64,000 nt of DNA, taken from assembly GCA_040386535.1 (NCBI GenBank), contig JAZKFH010000015.1, positions 252,800 to 316,799 of the forward strand. Direction: 5' to 3'. The position numbers were made by a program, and so were the translations under genes. This document shows, in pieces, positions 37,205-47,371 of the stretch (position 1 is its first letter; every line of letters begins with the position of its first letter). The stretch comes from Myxococcota bacterium. GTDB lineage: Bacteria; Myxococcota_A; UBA796; SXON01. The notes beneath the pieces are model-generated. The model was given only the letters and a program-made list of their open reading frames with translations. It made no database searches and was not told where the DNA came from.

Positions 37205-38248
37205 ATGCGCGCCGAACGTCGCCATCGCAGCCGCCGCTTCCGCCTGCTGCTCGGCATCCTCTTCGCGTGCGTGGTGCTCTACCTCCTCGAGGTCGGCCTG
37301 CGCATCGCCGGCGTCGCGCCCGCGTACCGGTCCGGCGCCTCGGGCAGCTGGCGCATGACGCCCAACCTCCAGGCCTCGTCCCTGCGCGGCCCGCGCGACG
37401 GGCACGACTTCACCGTGTCCACCAACGCCGACGGGCTCCGGACGAAGCTCCCCAAGGAGCGCACCCCCGGCGTCACCCGCGTGGCGGTCATGGGAGACTC
37501 CACGGTCTTCGGCTGGGGCGTGAACGACGGCGAGTCCGTCGCGGAGGGCCTCCAGGCGGCGCTCGACGCGGAGGTCCCCGGGCAGGTGGCCGGGAAGGTC
37601 GAGGTCCTCAACGCCGGGCAACCCGGGTACTCCACGACCCAGGCGGCGTGGTTCTTCGACGAGGTGGTCAAGGCCTACACGCCCGACCGCGTCATCGTCT
37701 TCGTGCCGATGCACGACTTCAACAAGGTGCTCGTCTCCGACCGCGAGGTGCTCGACGGCGGCGCCACCCTGGCCGCGCGCACGCGCATCCTGCTCGCCTC
37801 CAACTCGCGGGCGTATCAGCTGCTCCGCCAGTCGATGTGGGCGGGCACCGAGGAGCCGATGCTGCTCCCCGACCGGCCGACCGGCGAGCCGCGCGTGGAG
37901 CGGGTCTCCGATGCCGAGCGCGCCGCGGCGTTCGACGCGATGCGCGCCACGCTCGCCGAGTGGGGCGGGCAGCTGCTCATCGGGTTCCTCCCGTTCCACG
38001 CCGACCTCGTCGGGCAGACCGGGCGCGACGGGGCGGATCGGGTCGGGGTCCCCTGGGCGCGCGCGTACGGCAAGGCCCACGACGTCGCGCTCGTCGACGT
38101 GCGGGCGTGTTGTGGCCCCGACGGTGGCGCGCTGGTGCTCCCCGACGACTACGGCCACCTCGCCGCCGAGGGCAACCGTCGGGTGGGCGCCGCGATGGCG
38201 CCGGCCGTGCGCGCGTCTCTGCTACTGTCGGCGCCGGAGGCCCCGTGA
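37205..38248 (+). CDS. Membrane-anchored SGNH/GDSL hydrolase
   Basis: N-terminal TM; MGDSTVFG, NAGQPGYST, DYGH. Confidence 0.85.
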   Translation: MRAERRHRSRRFRLLLGILFACVVLYLLEVGLRIAGVAPAYRSGASGSWRMTPNLQASSLRGPRDGHDFTVSTNADGLRTKLPKERTPGVTRVAVMGDSTVFGWGVNDGESVAEGLQAALDAEVPGQVAGKVEVLNAGQPGYSTTQAAWFFDEVVKAYTPDRVIVFVPMHDFNKVLVSDREVLDGGATLAARTRILLASNSRAYQLLRQSMWAGTEEPMLLPDRPTGEPRVERVSDAERAAAFDAMRATLAEWGGQLLIGFLPFHADLVGQTGRDGADRVGVPWARAYGKAHDVALVDVRACCGPDGGALVLPDDYGHLAAEGNRRVGAAMAPAVRASLLLSAPEAP

Positions 38249-39162
38249 TCCTCGCGCTCCTCCTCGCCGCCTGCACCGTGCCCGCCCCCGATCTCGCACG
38301 CCCGACCGCCGCGGATCCCCGCCCGGCCGATCCCGCGTCGCCCCCGCCCGCCGCGGGCCCCGAAGGCGAGAAGCTCTACCAGCTGCTCTACGCGGGAGAG
38401 CTGGGCGCCGAGGCCCGCGCGATGGGCCAGCAGGCGCGGATCCTGGCGTGGCTCGCCGCCATGGAGCTCGACGCGCCGCAGCTCGACGCTCTCGCCGCCC
38501 TCGCGGTCGACGTGCATCAGCGCGAGGCGACGATCGCGGCCGCCCGGGCCGAGGTGGGCGCGCGGGAGCAGGCCCTCCTCGGGCCGCTGTACGCGGAGCT
38601 CGGGGCCCGCCTCGCCGCCCCCGAAGCCATCACCGAGGTGGAGAGCGCCGCGTTCGCCGCGCGCCTGGAGGCCGCCCGTGCCGAGGCCTACGCCGGCGAG
38701 GACCCCCGCGCCGTCCACTACACCGTCCTGAACGGGCTCCTCGAGGCCGTGCGGCCGTGGATCCGCTCCCTCTCGGCCGCCCAGCGCGCCACCCTCGGCG
38801 AGAGCCGGTTCTTCCTCGGCCGTCGCCTCGGCCCCTTCGTCAACCCCGGCGACTACGGCGCGCTGGTCGGCACGATGTGGGACGGCGGCGACTTCGGCTC
38901 GCTCCGCGCCACCGTGCGCCCGACCGACGAGGGCCACCTCGATCTCGGCGGCCTCTGGAGCATCGAGGCCATGCAGGCCGGGCCCGACCGCAAGCTGGAG
39001 GGCCTCCAGGTCGAGGCGATCCTGTTCATGGCGCTCCAGGACGCGGAGCTCCCCGCGGCGATCGAGCTCCGGCGGAGGGCGGCAGGAATGGCCGGCTTCA
39101 CGGCCGCTGACGCGCCCGCATCGCCGGATCGCACCGGCGCAGAGCCGCCGGCGCACCCCTAG
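38245..39162 (+). CDS. Hypothetical lipoprotein
   Basis: GTGA overlap, GGAGG RBS, lipobox LAAC. Confidence 0.7.
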   Translation: MILALLLAACTVPAPDLARPTAADPRPADPASPPPAAGPEGEKLYQLLYAGELGAEARAMGQQARILAWLAAMELDAPQLDALAALAVDVHQREATIAAARAEVGAREQALLGPLYAELGARLAAPEAITEVESAAFAARLEAARAEAYAGEDPRAVHYTVLNGLLEAVRPWIRSLSAAQRATLGESRFFLGRRLGPFVNPGDYGALVGTMWDGGDFGSLRATVRPTDEGHLDLGGLWSIEAMQAGPDRKLEGLQVEAILFMALQDAELPAAIELRRRAAGMAGFTAADAPASPDRTGAEPPAHP

Positions 39163-39176
39163 TCACCCCCGTCGCC

Positions 39177-39205
39177 GCAGCGGCCGCGCTCGGGCGGCCG
39201 GCTGC
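39177..39205. terminator. GC-rich hairpin between convergent genes
   Basis: GCAGC-GGCCGC-(GCTCGG)-GCGGCC-G-GCTGC; no U-tract. Confidence 0.45.
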
Positions 39206-39218
39206 CCAGCCGTCCCGT

Positions 39219-40766
39219 TCACGGCACCATCAGCTCCACCGCCGGCCCGCCCCGCAGGCCTGCCCTCGTGTCTGTCGCCCCGCGCGTGTCGGTCGCCTCG
39301 ATCTCGACGGCGTCGACATCTCCGCGCACCCGCACGTCGAACGGCCCGGCCGCCGCGAGGCGCACGCTCGCGACGACAGCGCCGCCCGGCGCGCGCACCT
39401 CGACCTGGTAGGGCGCCTCGCCGCCGCGGACACTCCCGGAGAGCGCCCAGCGGGGGCCGTTCGGGACGGGCTCCGGCGCGGCGGTCTGGGCGGTGGGGGC
39501 GCGCTCGCGGGAAGGGCCCGGTGCCGCCGGGCTCATCGCGGGCTGGCCGTTGGAGGCGGGGCGCTCGTGCCCGTTCGGCGGAGGCGGGGTGCTCCCGTCG
39601 CCGAAGAGGTTCCGTTGGGGCGAGCTCGGGTTCGGATCGCCGGTGTTGAAGCGGTTGTCCACCAGGGTCTCCGCGGGGAACGCGGCGCCGCTCGCGAGCA
39701 GGCGGTCGGTGGGCCACCCCGCCGCGCGGAGGGCCTCGTCCGCGGCCTGCGCGAACACGGCGTGGCCCGCGGCGGTGGGGTGCATCACGTCGAGGAAGAG
39801 CGCGTCGGGGGCGCCGGCGGCGCGGAGCGCGGGGAGGGTCTCGATGAGCGGGATGCCGTGGTGCGCGGCGACCTTCCGCTGGGCGTCGAAGAACACGTCC
39901 CAGGAGGCGCCGTCCCCGTACCGCCCGTCGACGATGCCGATGTTGCACGGCGCGAAGATCGCCACGCCGACGCCGCGGGTCGCGGCCTCCCTCGCGAAGA
40001 AGTCGAGGTTCTCCGCGTAGCGACGGAGCGAGACCCGCCGGAGGCCCGTCTCGGGCCACTGCGTCTGCCGCGTCCACGTCACGAGGCGCGCGCCGTCGCC
40101 GCCGCGGGCCTCGTCCACCGCGCTCACGAGGAGGCGGAAGAAGTGGCTCGCGTACAGAGGGTTGTTCGCGCGGGCGCGCGCGGTCGCGAGCAGATCCTCG
40201 TCGCGAAAGGAGTCGACGTTGTTGTCGCTCCACAGGTTGCCGACCACGAGCAGGTCCGGCGCGAGCGCCCAGCCCACCTCGTCGAGCTGGATCCGCGTCT
40301 GTTCGGTGGAGTAGCCGGGCACGCCGCCGTTGAGCACCTCGACGTCGAGCGCCGGCGCGTCGGGCGAGCCGGCGCGGAGGCGCGCCTGGAGCTGGGCGGG
40401 GAAGGTGTCCTCGTCCGCGACACCGTGCCCGAAGTAGGTGCTGTCGCCGAGCACGAGCACGCGGAGGCGGCCGGCGGGCTTCGGGTCCGCGGGGGCCGGC
40501 CCGCGCATCCCGAGGGCGTTGATGGTGGCCGTCACCCCGGCGTTCCGCTTGGGCCCCGGCGAGAGCGCCCAGAGCCGCGTCGGGTGGCCGGACATCACCA
40601 CCCCCGCCGCGTCGGCGAGGCGCCACTCGGGGAACTCGGCGCCCACGAAGCGCGCGCCCTGCTCGAGCATGGTCGCGATGACGACGATCACCACGGTCGA
40701 GGCGACGAGGCGGAACGGGAGGGATCGGCGGGCGCGATGGGCCCCGCTCCGGCCCCCGCGCGTCAT
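39219..40766 (-). CDS. Membrane-anchored SGNH/GDSL hydrolase with C-terminal beta domain
   Basis: TM; LGDSTYFG, NGGVPGYST, DVMHP; Pro-rich linker. Confidence 0.85.
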   Translation of the reverse strand: MTRGGRSGAHRARRSLPFRLVASTVVIVVIATMLEQGARFVGAEFPEWRLADAAGVVMSGHPTRLWALSPGPKRNAGVTATINALGMRGPAPADPKPAGRLRVLVLGDSTYFGHGVADEDTFPAQLQARLRAGSPDAPALDVEVLNGGVPGYSTEQTRIQLDEVGWALAPDLLVVGNLWSDNNVDSFRDEDLLATARARANNPLYASHFFRLLVSAVDEARGGDGARLVTWTRQTQWPETGLRRVSLRRYAENLDFFAREAATRGVGVAIFAPCNIGIVDGRYGDGASWDVFFDAQRKVAAHHGIPLIETLPALRAAGAPDALFLDVMHPTAAGHAVFAQAADEALRAAGWPTDRLLASGAAFPAETLVDNRFNTGDPNPSSPQRNLFGDGSTPPPPNGHERPASNGQPAMSPAAPGPSRERAPTAQTAAPEPVPNGPRWALSGSVRGGEAPYQVEVRAPGGAVVASVRLAAAGPFDVRVRGDVDAVEIEATDTRGATDTRAGLRGGPAVELMVP

Positions 40767-41998
40767 GCCGCGGGCTCTTCCAGCGCGCCGTCACGCCCCT
40801 CGACGAGGCGCAGCGTGCGCCCCCCGGTCGTGACGCTCCACGCGCCGTTGTCGCGGTGCGCAGTCACGCGGGCGAGGGCGGGCACGCCCGGGTCCTGCGC
40901 GAGGACGCAGATCGAGCCCACGCCGGTCGGGAGCAGGTCGGCGTAGTCCTTGAGCGTGGCGGCGTCCGACTGGGTGCCGACGAACAACACGGCCACCGCG
41001 CCGCCGTCCCGCTGGAGCAGCTCGGCGGCGTCGCCCACGTGGGAGGGGCGGATGTTCGTCGCGCGGTACACGGGGCCGCCGAAGACCGGGGGCGCGGCCA
41101 CGGAGGACGGCGCCGCGAACAACACGCGGTGGTGGCGGGCCAGCGTCGCGAGCAGCGGCCGCACGAGCGCGTCGGTGTCGGCCTCGGGCACGAGCCAGAG
41201 CGAGAGCCCGTCGGAGAGGGAAGGGGTGCCGGCGCCGAGCAGGCCGGGCTCGGGCACGGCGACGAGGCCGCCGGAGCGGGACCCGCCCTCGGCGGGGCGG
41301 TTGCGCAGCCAGAGCCACGCCACGCCCACGAGCACGAGCACGCCGAGACCGAAGCCGATGTAGAGCGTCCCGTCGGTCGACGAGGTGGCGGTGCGGTCGC
41401 CGAGCGGTGGCGTGCCCGAGGCCGGGCCGCCTGAGGGCCCGCCCGTGGGGCCGAAGCTCGGGCCGTTGGAGCCACCGGGCCCGCCCGCGCCCGCGCCTCC
41501 CTGCCCAGAACCGCCCTGCCCAGGACCGCCCGCACCCGTTGCGCCCGGACCGGACGCCGGGGTGCCCCCTTCGACCGGCGTGCCGCCGTCGCCCGCGGAC
41601 GGCTCGGTTGGGGCGACGCCGCCGCCGGACACGCCCGCCTCCGCGACCACGGTGTCCCCCTTCAGCATCACCTGCAGATCGCGTGCGGCGTCGTCCGCGT
41701 TCCACGACACGCTGCCGCCCTGGAGCGTCTTGCCGCCCACCTCGACCGCGACGGTGAACGCGTCGCCCTCGAGCCATGCCGAGCTCGACCAGACGCCGTC
41801 GCTGCCGCCCACGTCGGGCGGGACGCCGTCGTCCTTCACCTCGAGCCGGGTGGCCTCGCCGACGGTCGGCGTGAGGAGGACCACGGCCGGGCCGGTGAAC
41901 GAGGCGCCGCCGGTGTCCAGGCGCACCACGAGCCCGTGCTGCTCCGCGTGGGCCGGCGTGGACCAGAGCAGGAGCGGGAGGAACGACAACGCCAACAT
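40763..41998 (-). CDS. Single-pass membrane protein with choice-of-anchor-X-like N-terminal domain
   Basis: Signal peptide, DDGVPPDVGGSDGVWS motif, Gly/Pro linker, TM, cytoplasmic alpha/beta domain; ATGA overlap. Confidence 0.7.
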   Translation of the reverse strand: MLALSFLPLLLWSTPAHAEQHGLVVRLDTGGASFTGPAVVLLTPTVGEATRLEVKDDGVPPDVGGSDGVWSSSAWLEGDAFTVAVEVGGKTLQGGSVSWNADDAARDLQVMLKGDTVVAEAGVSGGGVAPTEPSAGDGGTPVEGGTPASGPGATGAGGPGQGGSGQGGAGAGGPGGSNGPSFGPTGGPSGGPASGTPPLGDRTATSSTDGTLYIGFGLGVLVLVGVAWLWLRNRPAEGGSRSGGLVAVPEPGLLGAGTPSLSDGLSLWLVPEADTDALVRPLLATLARHHRVLFAAPSSVAAPPVFGGPVYRATNIRPSHVGDAAELLQRDGGAVAVLFVGTQSDAATLKDYADLLPTGVGSICVLAQDPGVPALARVTAHRDNGAWSVTTGGRTLRLVEGRDGALEEPAA

Positions 41999-42149
41999 TC
42001 GGGCTCCGGTGGGCCGGGGGGAGGGGGAGGGTAGCACGTAGGGCGGGACAGGCCCGCGATCCGCCCAGAAGCGAGGGCCCGCCGATCCACCCGGCCTCCG
42101 GCGAGCGAGGTGGACATCCGCCGGGCCCTTCACTAAGGTGCGAGCGCCC

Positions 42150-44603
42150 ATGTCCTCCGGCCCCCCCTCCGTGTTGCGCCCGGGCCGTGACTACGGCCTC
42201 ATCGTCGCCGCCACCTTCGCCTTCGCGCTCATGGCGGTGTTCACGCGCGGCGCGGCCGCCCCGATCCTCACGGTGGCGGCGTGGCGGGCGGTGTTCGTCG
42301 CGGTCGTCTTCGCGGTGTGGACGCTCGTGGCTGGCGGCGTACGGAGCGGCGCGGGTGCCGCCTCTCTCGTGCCGGACCGCGCCACGCTCAAGCTCGGCGT
42401 GCTCTACGGCGTCGCGCTCGCCGTCGCGTCGTCCACCTTCGTCGGCGGCTACGCGCTCACGACGGTCGCCAACACGATCTTCTTCCACAGCCTCTCGCCG
42501 CTCGCGGTGTTCCCGCTCGCGTGGTGGCTGTTCAAGGAGCAGCCGTCGCCCCGCGCGCTGGCGGGCACGGGCATCGCGGTGTTCGGCGTGGCGCTGCTCT
42601 CCGGCGCGTCGATCTTCCGGTTCACGCACTACGCCGACCCCCGCTTCCTCGCGGGGGACGTGCTCGCGTTCATCTCGGCCCTCGGGTACGGCGCGGTCCT
42701 CGTCGCCACACGCGCCGCCCGCACCCGCGAGGCGCCGATCCTGCCGCTCCTGACGGTGGCGTGGTCGGTCGCCGCGGTCCTGCTCTGCCTCGTGGCCCTC
42801 GTGTTCGGCACCCTCGCCATGCCGCTCTCGGCGGTGCCCTGGGTGCTCGGCCTCGCGGTCATCTGCACGAACATCCCGTTCTACCTGCTCAACGTCGCGA
42901 TGCGGCAGGTGCCCGCGGGCATGACCTCGCTGCTCTCGATGGCCGAGGTCGTGTTCGCCACGCTCCTCGGGCTCGCCATCTACGGCGAGTCGCTCGCGCC
43001 CATCGGGTTCATGGGCGGCGCGCTCATCGCGCTCGGCATCGCCTACCCGTTCTTCTCGGGCGGCGACACCGAGGACGCCTCGCCGGTCGGCGCCCTCCAG
43101 GAGGCCACGCAGCCCATCCGGTGGGCGCGTCTCGGCCTGCGCCTGCTCCTCTTCAACGTCGGCGCCGGCCTCGTGCTCGTCACGGGGGACGACGTGGGTG
43201 CGCTCCTCGCGTGGATCGCGCTCGTGTCGGTGGTGCGCCTCGGGCGCGCGCCGGCCGCCGAGCTCGTGTCGGGCCGCGCCGGGCGGGCGGTCCGCTGGGT
43301 CGTGGCGGGGCTCGCAGGCGCGGTGGTGTTCGGGCTCGCGGTGCGCGGGGGGTGGGACCTGTCCGCGTCGCATGTGCCGAGCGTCGGGGGCGCGATCCTC
43401 GCCGTGATCGTGTGGCTGCTCGACCGCGCGCTCGTCCCCCGCGAGGACCTCGCCGACCTCGACACCGACCCGCTCGCCTCCGCGGCTCTCCTCGTCGGCG
43501 CCGTGGGAATCGGCCTCTCCGCGGTCGCCCACCCCATGGGCCCGTGGATGCTCCGCGCCAGCGCGCTCCTCGTCGCGCTCGCGGCCCTCGCCGTGTTCGT
43601 GGCGGCGCTCCGCGACACCGATCCGCGCGGGATGCGCGGGCTCGACACCCTTCCCGCGTGGTTCGCCCAGCCGCGCCGCCTCGTGCTCATCGCCATCGTC
43701 GTGCTCGCCACGGGTGGCCTCCGCGTGGTCCCCGCCGGGCACGTCGCCGTGATCGAGCGCTTCGGCGCGCCGCTCCCCGAGCCCGCCCCCGCCGGGCTGC
43801 TCCTGCGGTTCCCGCCCCCCATCGAGACCATCACCCTGGTCGACGTCGCGTCCGTCCGCGCCATCGAGCTCACGGGCGCCGACACGTCGCTGCTCACCGG
43901 CGACCAGTCCCTGGTGACCGCGCAGGTGACCCTCTACTACACCGTGTCCGGGCCGCTCGCGTACGCCCTGCGCGCCCACGAGCCCGAAGCCGCCCTGCGC
44001 GCGCTCGGCCGTGGCGCCGTCGCCGCGAGCGTGGCGCGCCTCCCGCTCGACAGCGTGCTCACCACCGGGCGGCGCGAGGTCGAGGAGCGGGTCGCCGTCG
44101 CGACGCAGGCCGGCGCCGATCGGGTGGGCCTCGGCCTCCGCGTGCAGGCGGTCCAGCTCTCCAAGGTGGCCGTGCCGCCGTCGGTGCAGGCCGCGTTCCT
44201 CGACGTCATCTCCGCCGAGGAGCACAAGCGCGGGCTCGTCAACAGCGCCGAGGCGTACGCCGCGCAGGTCGTGCCGAAGGCGCGGGGCGACGCCGCCGCC
44301 GTCATCGAGCACGCCGCGGGAGACGCGGCGGGGCGCACCGCGGATGCCGAGGGCGAGGCCGCCTGGATCGCCGGGGTGAGCGCTGGCGGCGCGGCCTCCC
44401 CCAAGCTCACGCGCACGCGGCTCTGGCGCGAGCGGGTCGCCGCGGCGCTCGACGGTACGCCGCTGGTGCTCGTGCCGCGCTCGATCCGCGTGTGGCTGGG
44501 CGGCGAGCCGGCCGCTCCCCGCGCCGCGCCTCCCAAGCCCGCCGCCTCGAAGGCCGGCGCCCGCCCCGCCACCAAGCCCGAACCCGGAGCGTCCCATGGG
44601 TAG
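42150..44603 (+). CDS. EamA/DMT transporter fused through extra TM helices to an HflK-like SPFH domain
   Basis: Two EamA repeats (TVANTIFFHSLSPL..WWLFKE; SLLSMAEVVFATLLG..GE), then VIERFG, LLTGDQSLV, PPSVQAAFLDV, AEAYAAQVVPKARG in one frame. Confidence 0.88.
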   Translation: MSSGPPSVLRPGRDYGLIVAATFAFALMAVFTRGAAAPILTVAAWRAVFVAVVFAVWTLVAGGVRSGAGAASLVPDRATLKLGVLYGVALAVASSTFVGGYALTTVANTIFFHSLSPLAVFPLAWWLFKEQPSPRALAGTGIAVFGVALLSGASIFRFTHYADPRFLAGDVLAFISALGYGAVLVATRAARTREAPILPLLTVAWSVAAVLLCLVALVFGTLAMPLSAVPWVLGLAVICTNIPFYLLNVAMRQVPAGMTSLLSMAEVVFATLLGLAIYGESLAPIGFMGGALIALGIAYPFFSGGDTEDASPVGALQEATQPIRWARLGLRLLLFNVGAGLVLVTGDDVGALLAWIALVSVVRLGRAPAAELVSGRAGRAVRWVVAGLAGAVVFGLAVRGGWDLSASHVPSVGGAILAVIVWLLDRALVPREDLADLDTDPLASAALLVGAVGIGLSAVAHPMGPWMLRASALLVALAALAVFVAALRDTDPRGMRGLDTLPAWFAQPRRLVLIAIVVLATGGLRVVPAGHVAVIERFGAPLPEPAPAGLLLRFPPPIETITLVDVASVRAIELTGADTSLLTGDQSLVTAQVTLYYTVSGPLAYALRAHEPEAALRALGRGAVAASVARLPLDSVLTTGRREVEERVAVATQAGADRVGLGLRVQAVQLSKVAVPPSVQAAFLDVISAEEHKRGLVNSAEAYAAQVVPKARGDAAAVIEHAAGDAAGRTADAEGEAAWIAGVSAGGAASPKLTRTRLWRERVAAALDGTPLVLVPRSIRVWLGGEPAAPRAAPPKPAASKAGARPATKPEPGASHG

Positions 44604-45465
44604 CCTTCGTCTGGCCGCCATCGGCCTCGTCCCGCTCGTGCTGGCCGGCGCCTCCGTGTTCACGCTGGATGCGCGCGAGGTGGCCGTGGTCACCTCCTTC
44701 GGCGCCCCGGTGCGCACGCTCGTCGAGCCCGGCCTCTACGTGCGCGCCCCGTGGCCGCTCCACGAGGTCGTGCGGTTCGACGCGCGCGCGCGCGTGCTCG
44801 AGGTCGCCCCGACCGAGCTGTTGACCGCCGACAAGAAGAACCTCGTCGTCGAGGCGTTCGCCATCTGGCGCGTGGCCGATCCGCAGCGCTTCCTCGAGGC
44901 CGTCGGCAGCCCCGCCGCCGCCGAGGCGCAGCTGGGCGACCTCGTGACCAGCCGGGTCGCCGCCGCCATCGGCAAGGTCGAGCTCAACGACGTGCTGACC
45001 ATCGACGCCTCCACGGGTGACCTGCTCCCCGGCACCGTCCGCACCGATGTCGCCGCCACCGCGTCGGAACGTTTCGGCGTCGAGGTGCTCGACGTGCGGC
45101 TCCGCCACGTGGGCCTGCCCCTCCAGAACGAACAGTCCATCTACGAGCGCATGCGCGCCGAGCGGCTCCGCATCGCGAACGCCTACCGCTCCGAGGGCGA
45201 GGAGCAGGCCACCACCATCCGCGCCAAGGCCGACCGCGAGGCCGCCGAGATCCTCGCCAACGCCGAGCGCGAGGCCGCCTTCGTGAACGCCAAGGCCGCA
45301 GAGGACGCGGCGCGGCGCTACGCCGAGGCCTACCGGGCCGATCCCGCGCTCTACGAGCTGCTCGGGGCGCTGGAGAGCTACGAGAAGGTCGTACGGAGCG
45401 ACACCGTCCTCATCCTCCCCTCGGACGGCGGCTTCTTCGAGGCGCTCGACCGGGGGCCGCCGTGA
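44596..45465 (+). CDS. hflC: HflC-like SPFH protein
   Basis: LLTADKKNLVV, WRVADP..F, IYERMRAER.RIA..YRSEG. Confidence 0.88.
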   Translation: MGSLRLAAIGLVPLVLAGASVFTLDAREVAVVTSFGAPVRTLVEPGLYVRAPWPLHEVVRFDARARVLEVAPTELLTADKKNLVVEAFAIWRVADPQRFLEAVGSPAAAEAQLGDLVTSRVAAAIGKVELNDVLTIDASTGDLLPGTVRTDVAATASERFGVEVLDVRLRHVGLPLQNEQSIYERMRAERLRIANAYRSEGEEQATTIRAKADREAAEILANAEREAAFVNAKAAEDAARRYAEAYRADPALYELLGALESYEKVVRSDTVLILPSDGGFFEALDRGPP

Positions 45466-46319
45466 TCGCCGGGCCGATGGTCCAGCGCGCCGGCACCGTC
45501 GCCGCCGCGATCGTGGGGCTGGTCGTGCTCGCGTCGAGCGTGATGATGGTCGATCCCGCCGAGGTCGCCGTCGTCTACCGCTTCGGCGCGGTCGACCGCG
45601 TGGTCGGCGCCGGCCTCGGCTTCCGCCTCCCCCTGATCGAGCGCGCCGAGCGCATCCGCGTCACCGAGGTGCGCCGCGTCGAGCTGCCCCGCCGCCGCCT
45701 GCTCACCGAGGACACGAACCTCGTCGAGCTCGAGATCGTCGCGCAGTTCAGCGTCGCCGATCCCGTGCTCTTCGCGCTCGTGCACGCCGACCCCGAGAAG
45801 GTCGTCGCGGCCGAGGTCGAGTCGGCGCTCAACGCGCGCGTGGCCGATGTCGCGGTCGACGCGTTGCTCACCACCGGCCGCGCCGAGCTCCAGCAGGCGA
45901 TCATGGACGCCGCCCAGAAGTCCCTCGACGCGCTCGCCACCGGCGTGCGCCTCGTCGCGGTCGACGTGCGCGATCTGGTGCCCCCCGCCGCGGTCGTGAA
46001 CGCGTTCAACGACGTGTCGAGCGCCAAGGGCGACCAGGAGACCATGCGGCTCGCGGCGGACTCCTACGCCTCCAAGGTGCTCCCCGAGGTGCGCGGCCGC
46101 GCGGCGCAGCTCGAGCAGGAGGCCCTCTCCGGCGCCGCCGAGCAGAGCGCCCGTGCCGACGGCGACATCGCCCGCTTCTCCGCGCTCCTCCCCGCGTGGC
46201 GCAGCGATCCGACGGCCACGCGCATCCAGCTCCGCGACGAGCTCTGGGCCGACATCGGCACGCGCGCGCAGGTGATGGTGGTGCCGCCGGGGTCGGAAGT
46301 GACGCTGCCGTCGAAGTAG
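45462..46319 (+). CDS. hflK: HflK-like SPFH protein
   Basis: AVVYRFG, LLTEDTNLV, PP..VVNAFNDV..A, YASKVLPEVRG.A. Confidence 0.85.
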   Translation: MIAGPMVQRAGTVAAAIVGLVVLASSVMMVDPAEVAVVYRFGAVDRVVGAGLGFRLPLIERAERIRVTEVRRVELPRRRLLTEDTNLVELEIVAQFSVADPVLFALVHADPEKVVAAEVESALNARVADVAVDALLTTGRAELQQAIMDAAQKSLDALATGVRLVAVDVRDLVPPAAVVNAFNDVSSAKGDQETMRLAADSYASKVLPEVRGRAAQLEQEALSGAAEQSARADGDIARFSALLPAWRSDPTATRIQLRDELWADIGTRAQVMVVPPGSEVTLPSK

Positions 46320-46344
46320 GAGGGATGTTCCCGAGGGCGCGGCG

Positions 46345-47277
46345 TCAGCGCGTCCAGGGCCGCTCGATCTCGATCCGCCCCACGCCGATGCGCAGCTGGC
46401 CCGTGCTCGATCGCCGCTCGATCAGCGCCGCTCCGAGCGCGCCCGGGGCGCGGTCCAACACCTTGCGCGCGCGGAACACGAGCAGGTTCAGCTGTGGGAG
46501 GTCGATGCGCAACGCCGCCATGAGCTCGTCCCGGTAGATCCATCCCTGCTCGCTCTCCGGGGAGCCCTCGTCCTCCAGGCGGCGGCGCGCCAGCACCAGC
46601 AGCAGCTCGTTGTGCGCACGCGCGCCGAGGGACACCCGCTCGGCGCCCTGCTCGAACCAGAGCTCCACGTGCTCCTCGTCGAGGCTCACCACGAAGCGCA
46701 GGCAGGGCGGCGCCTCCTGCTGCGCGACCCGCGCGTCCACCGTGCCGACCGTCGGTCCGGGGAGGACCAGCCGCCACGCGCGCCCGTCGACGACCACGAT
46801 GTCGCGATCCTCGACGTGCTGGACCCCGTCGGGCAGCTCGGCGATCCAGAACCCGACCCCGTCGGGGCCCGCCCCGTGCGCGTAGATCGTCGCGATCGGA
46901 TCCTGCTCGGACGGCAGCGCCAACACGCTGCCGATGGCCACCCGCACCTCGCCTCCCACCACGGCGCACGCGGCCAGCGACGGCGGAGCATCCTCCTCGA
47001 GCACCCAGGGATCATCCTGGGATGCGAAGTGAATGCGCGCGCCGCGCTCGAGCCTACGCTCCTGGCCGGGCGCGAGTTGGTCGCCGCCCACCCAGGTGCC
47101 GTTGCGGCTGCCCAGGTCCCGCACCCACCACGCGCCCTCCACCCACACGATGCACGCGTGCTCGCCCGACACCGCCGCGCGTTCCAATTGCAGGTCGGCC
47201 GCGGGCGAACGCCCGATGAGCGTGCGGGTCCGCAGCAGGATCCGTCGGCCCGCAACCACGTTTTCGAGGATCGCCAT
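46345..47277 (-). CDS. FHA-domain protein with C-terminal winged-helix-like domain (paralog A)
   Basis: IGRS..ADL, VSGEHA, RDLGSRNGT; C-terminal GWIYRDEL..FRAR..LIERR..QLRIG. Confidence 0.85.
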   Translation of the reverse strand: MAILENVVAGRRILLRTRTLIGRSPAADLQLERAAVSGEHACIVWVEGAWWVRDLGSRNGTWVGGDQLAPGQERRLERGARIHFASQDDPWVLEEDAPPSLAACAVVGGEVRVAIGSVLALPSEQDPIATIYAHGAGPDGVGFWIAELPDGVQHVEDRDIVVVDGRAWRLVLPGPTVGTVDARVAQQEAPPCLRFVVSLDEEHVELWFEQGAERVSLGARAHNELLLVLARRRLEDEGSPESEQGWIYRDELMAALRIDLPQLNLLVFRARKVLDRAPGALGAALIERRSSTGQLRIGVGRIEIERPWTR

Positions 47278-47371
47278 CGGGCGCGCTTAGCCGAAGGGGT
47301 CTTGCGCCGCCACAGGTCGGGTTGTCGCCATCCGGCTGCGCAGGCGCGCGCCACCGTGTACCGTCCGCCGC

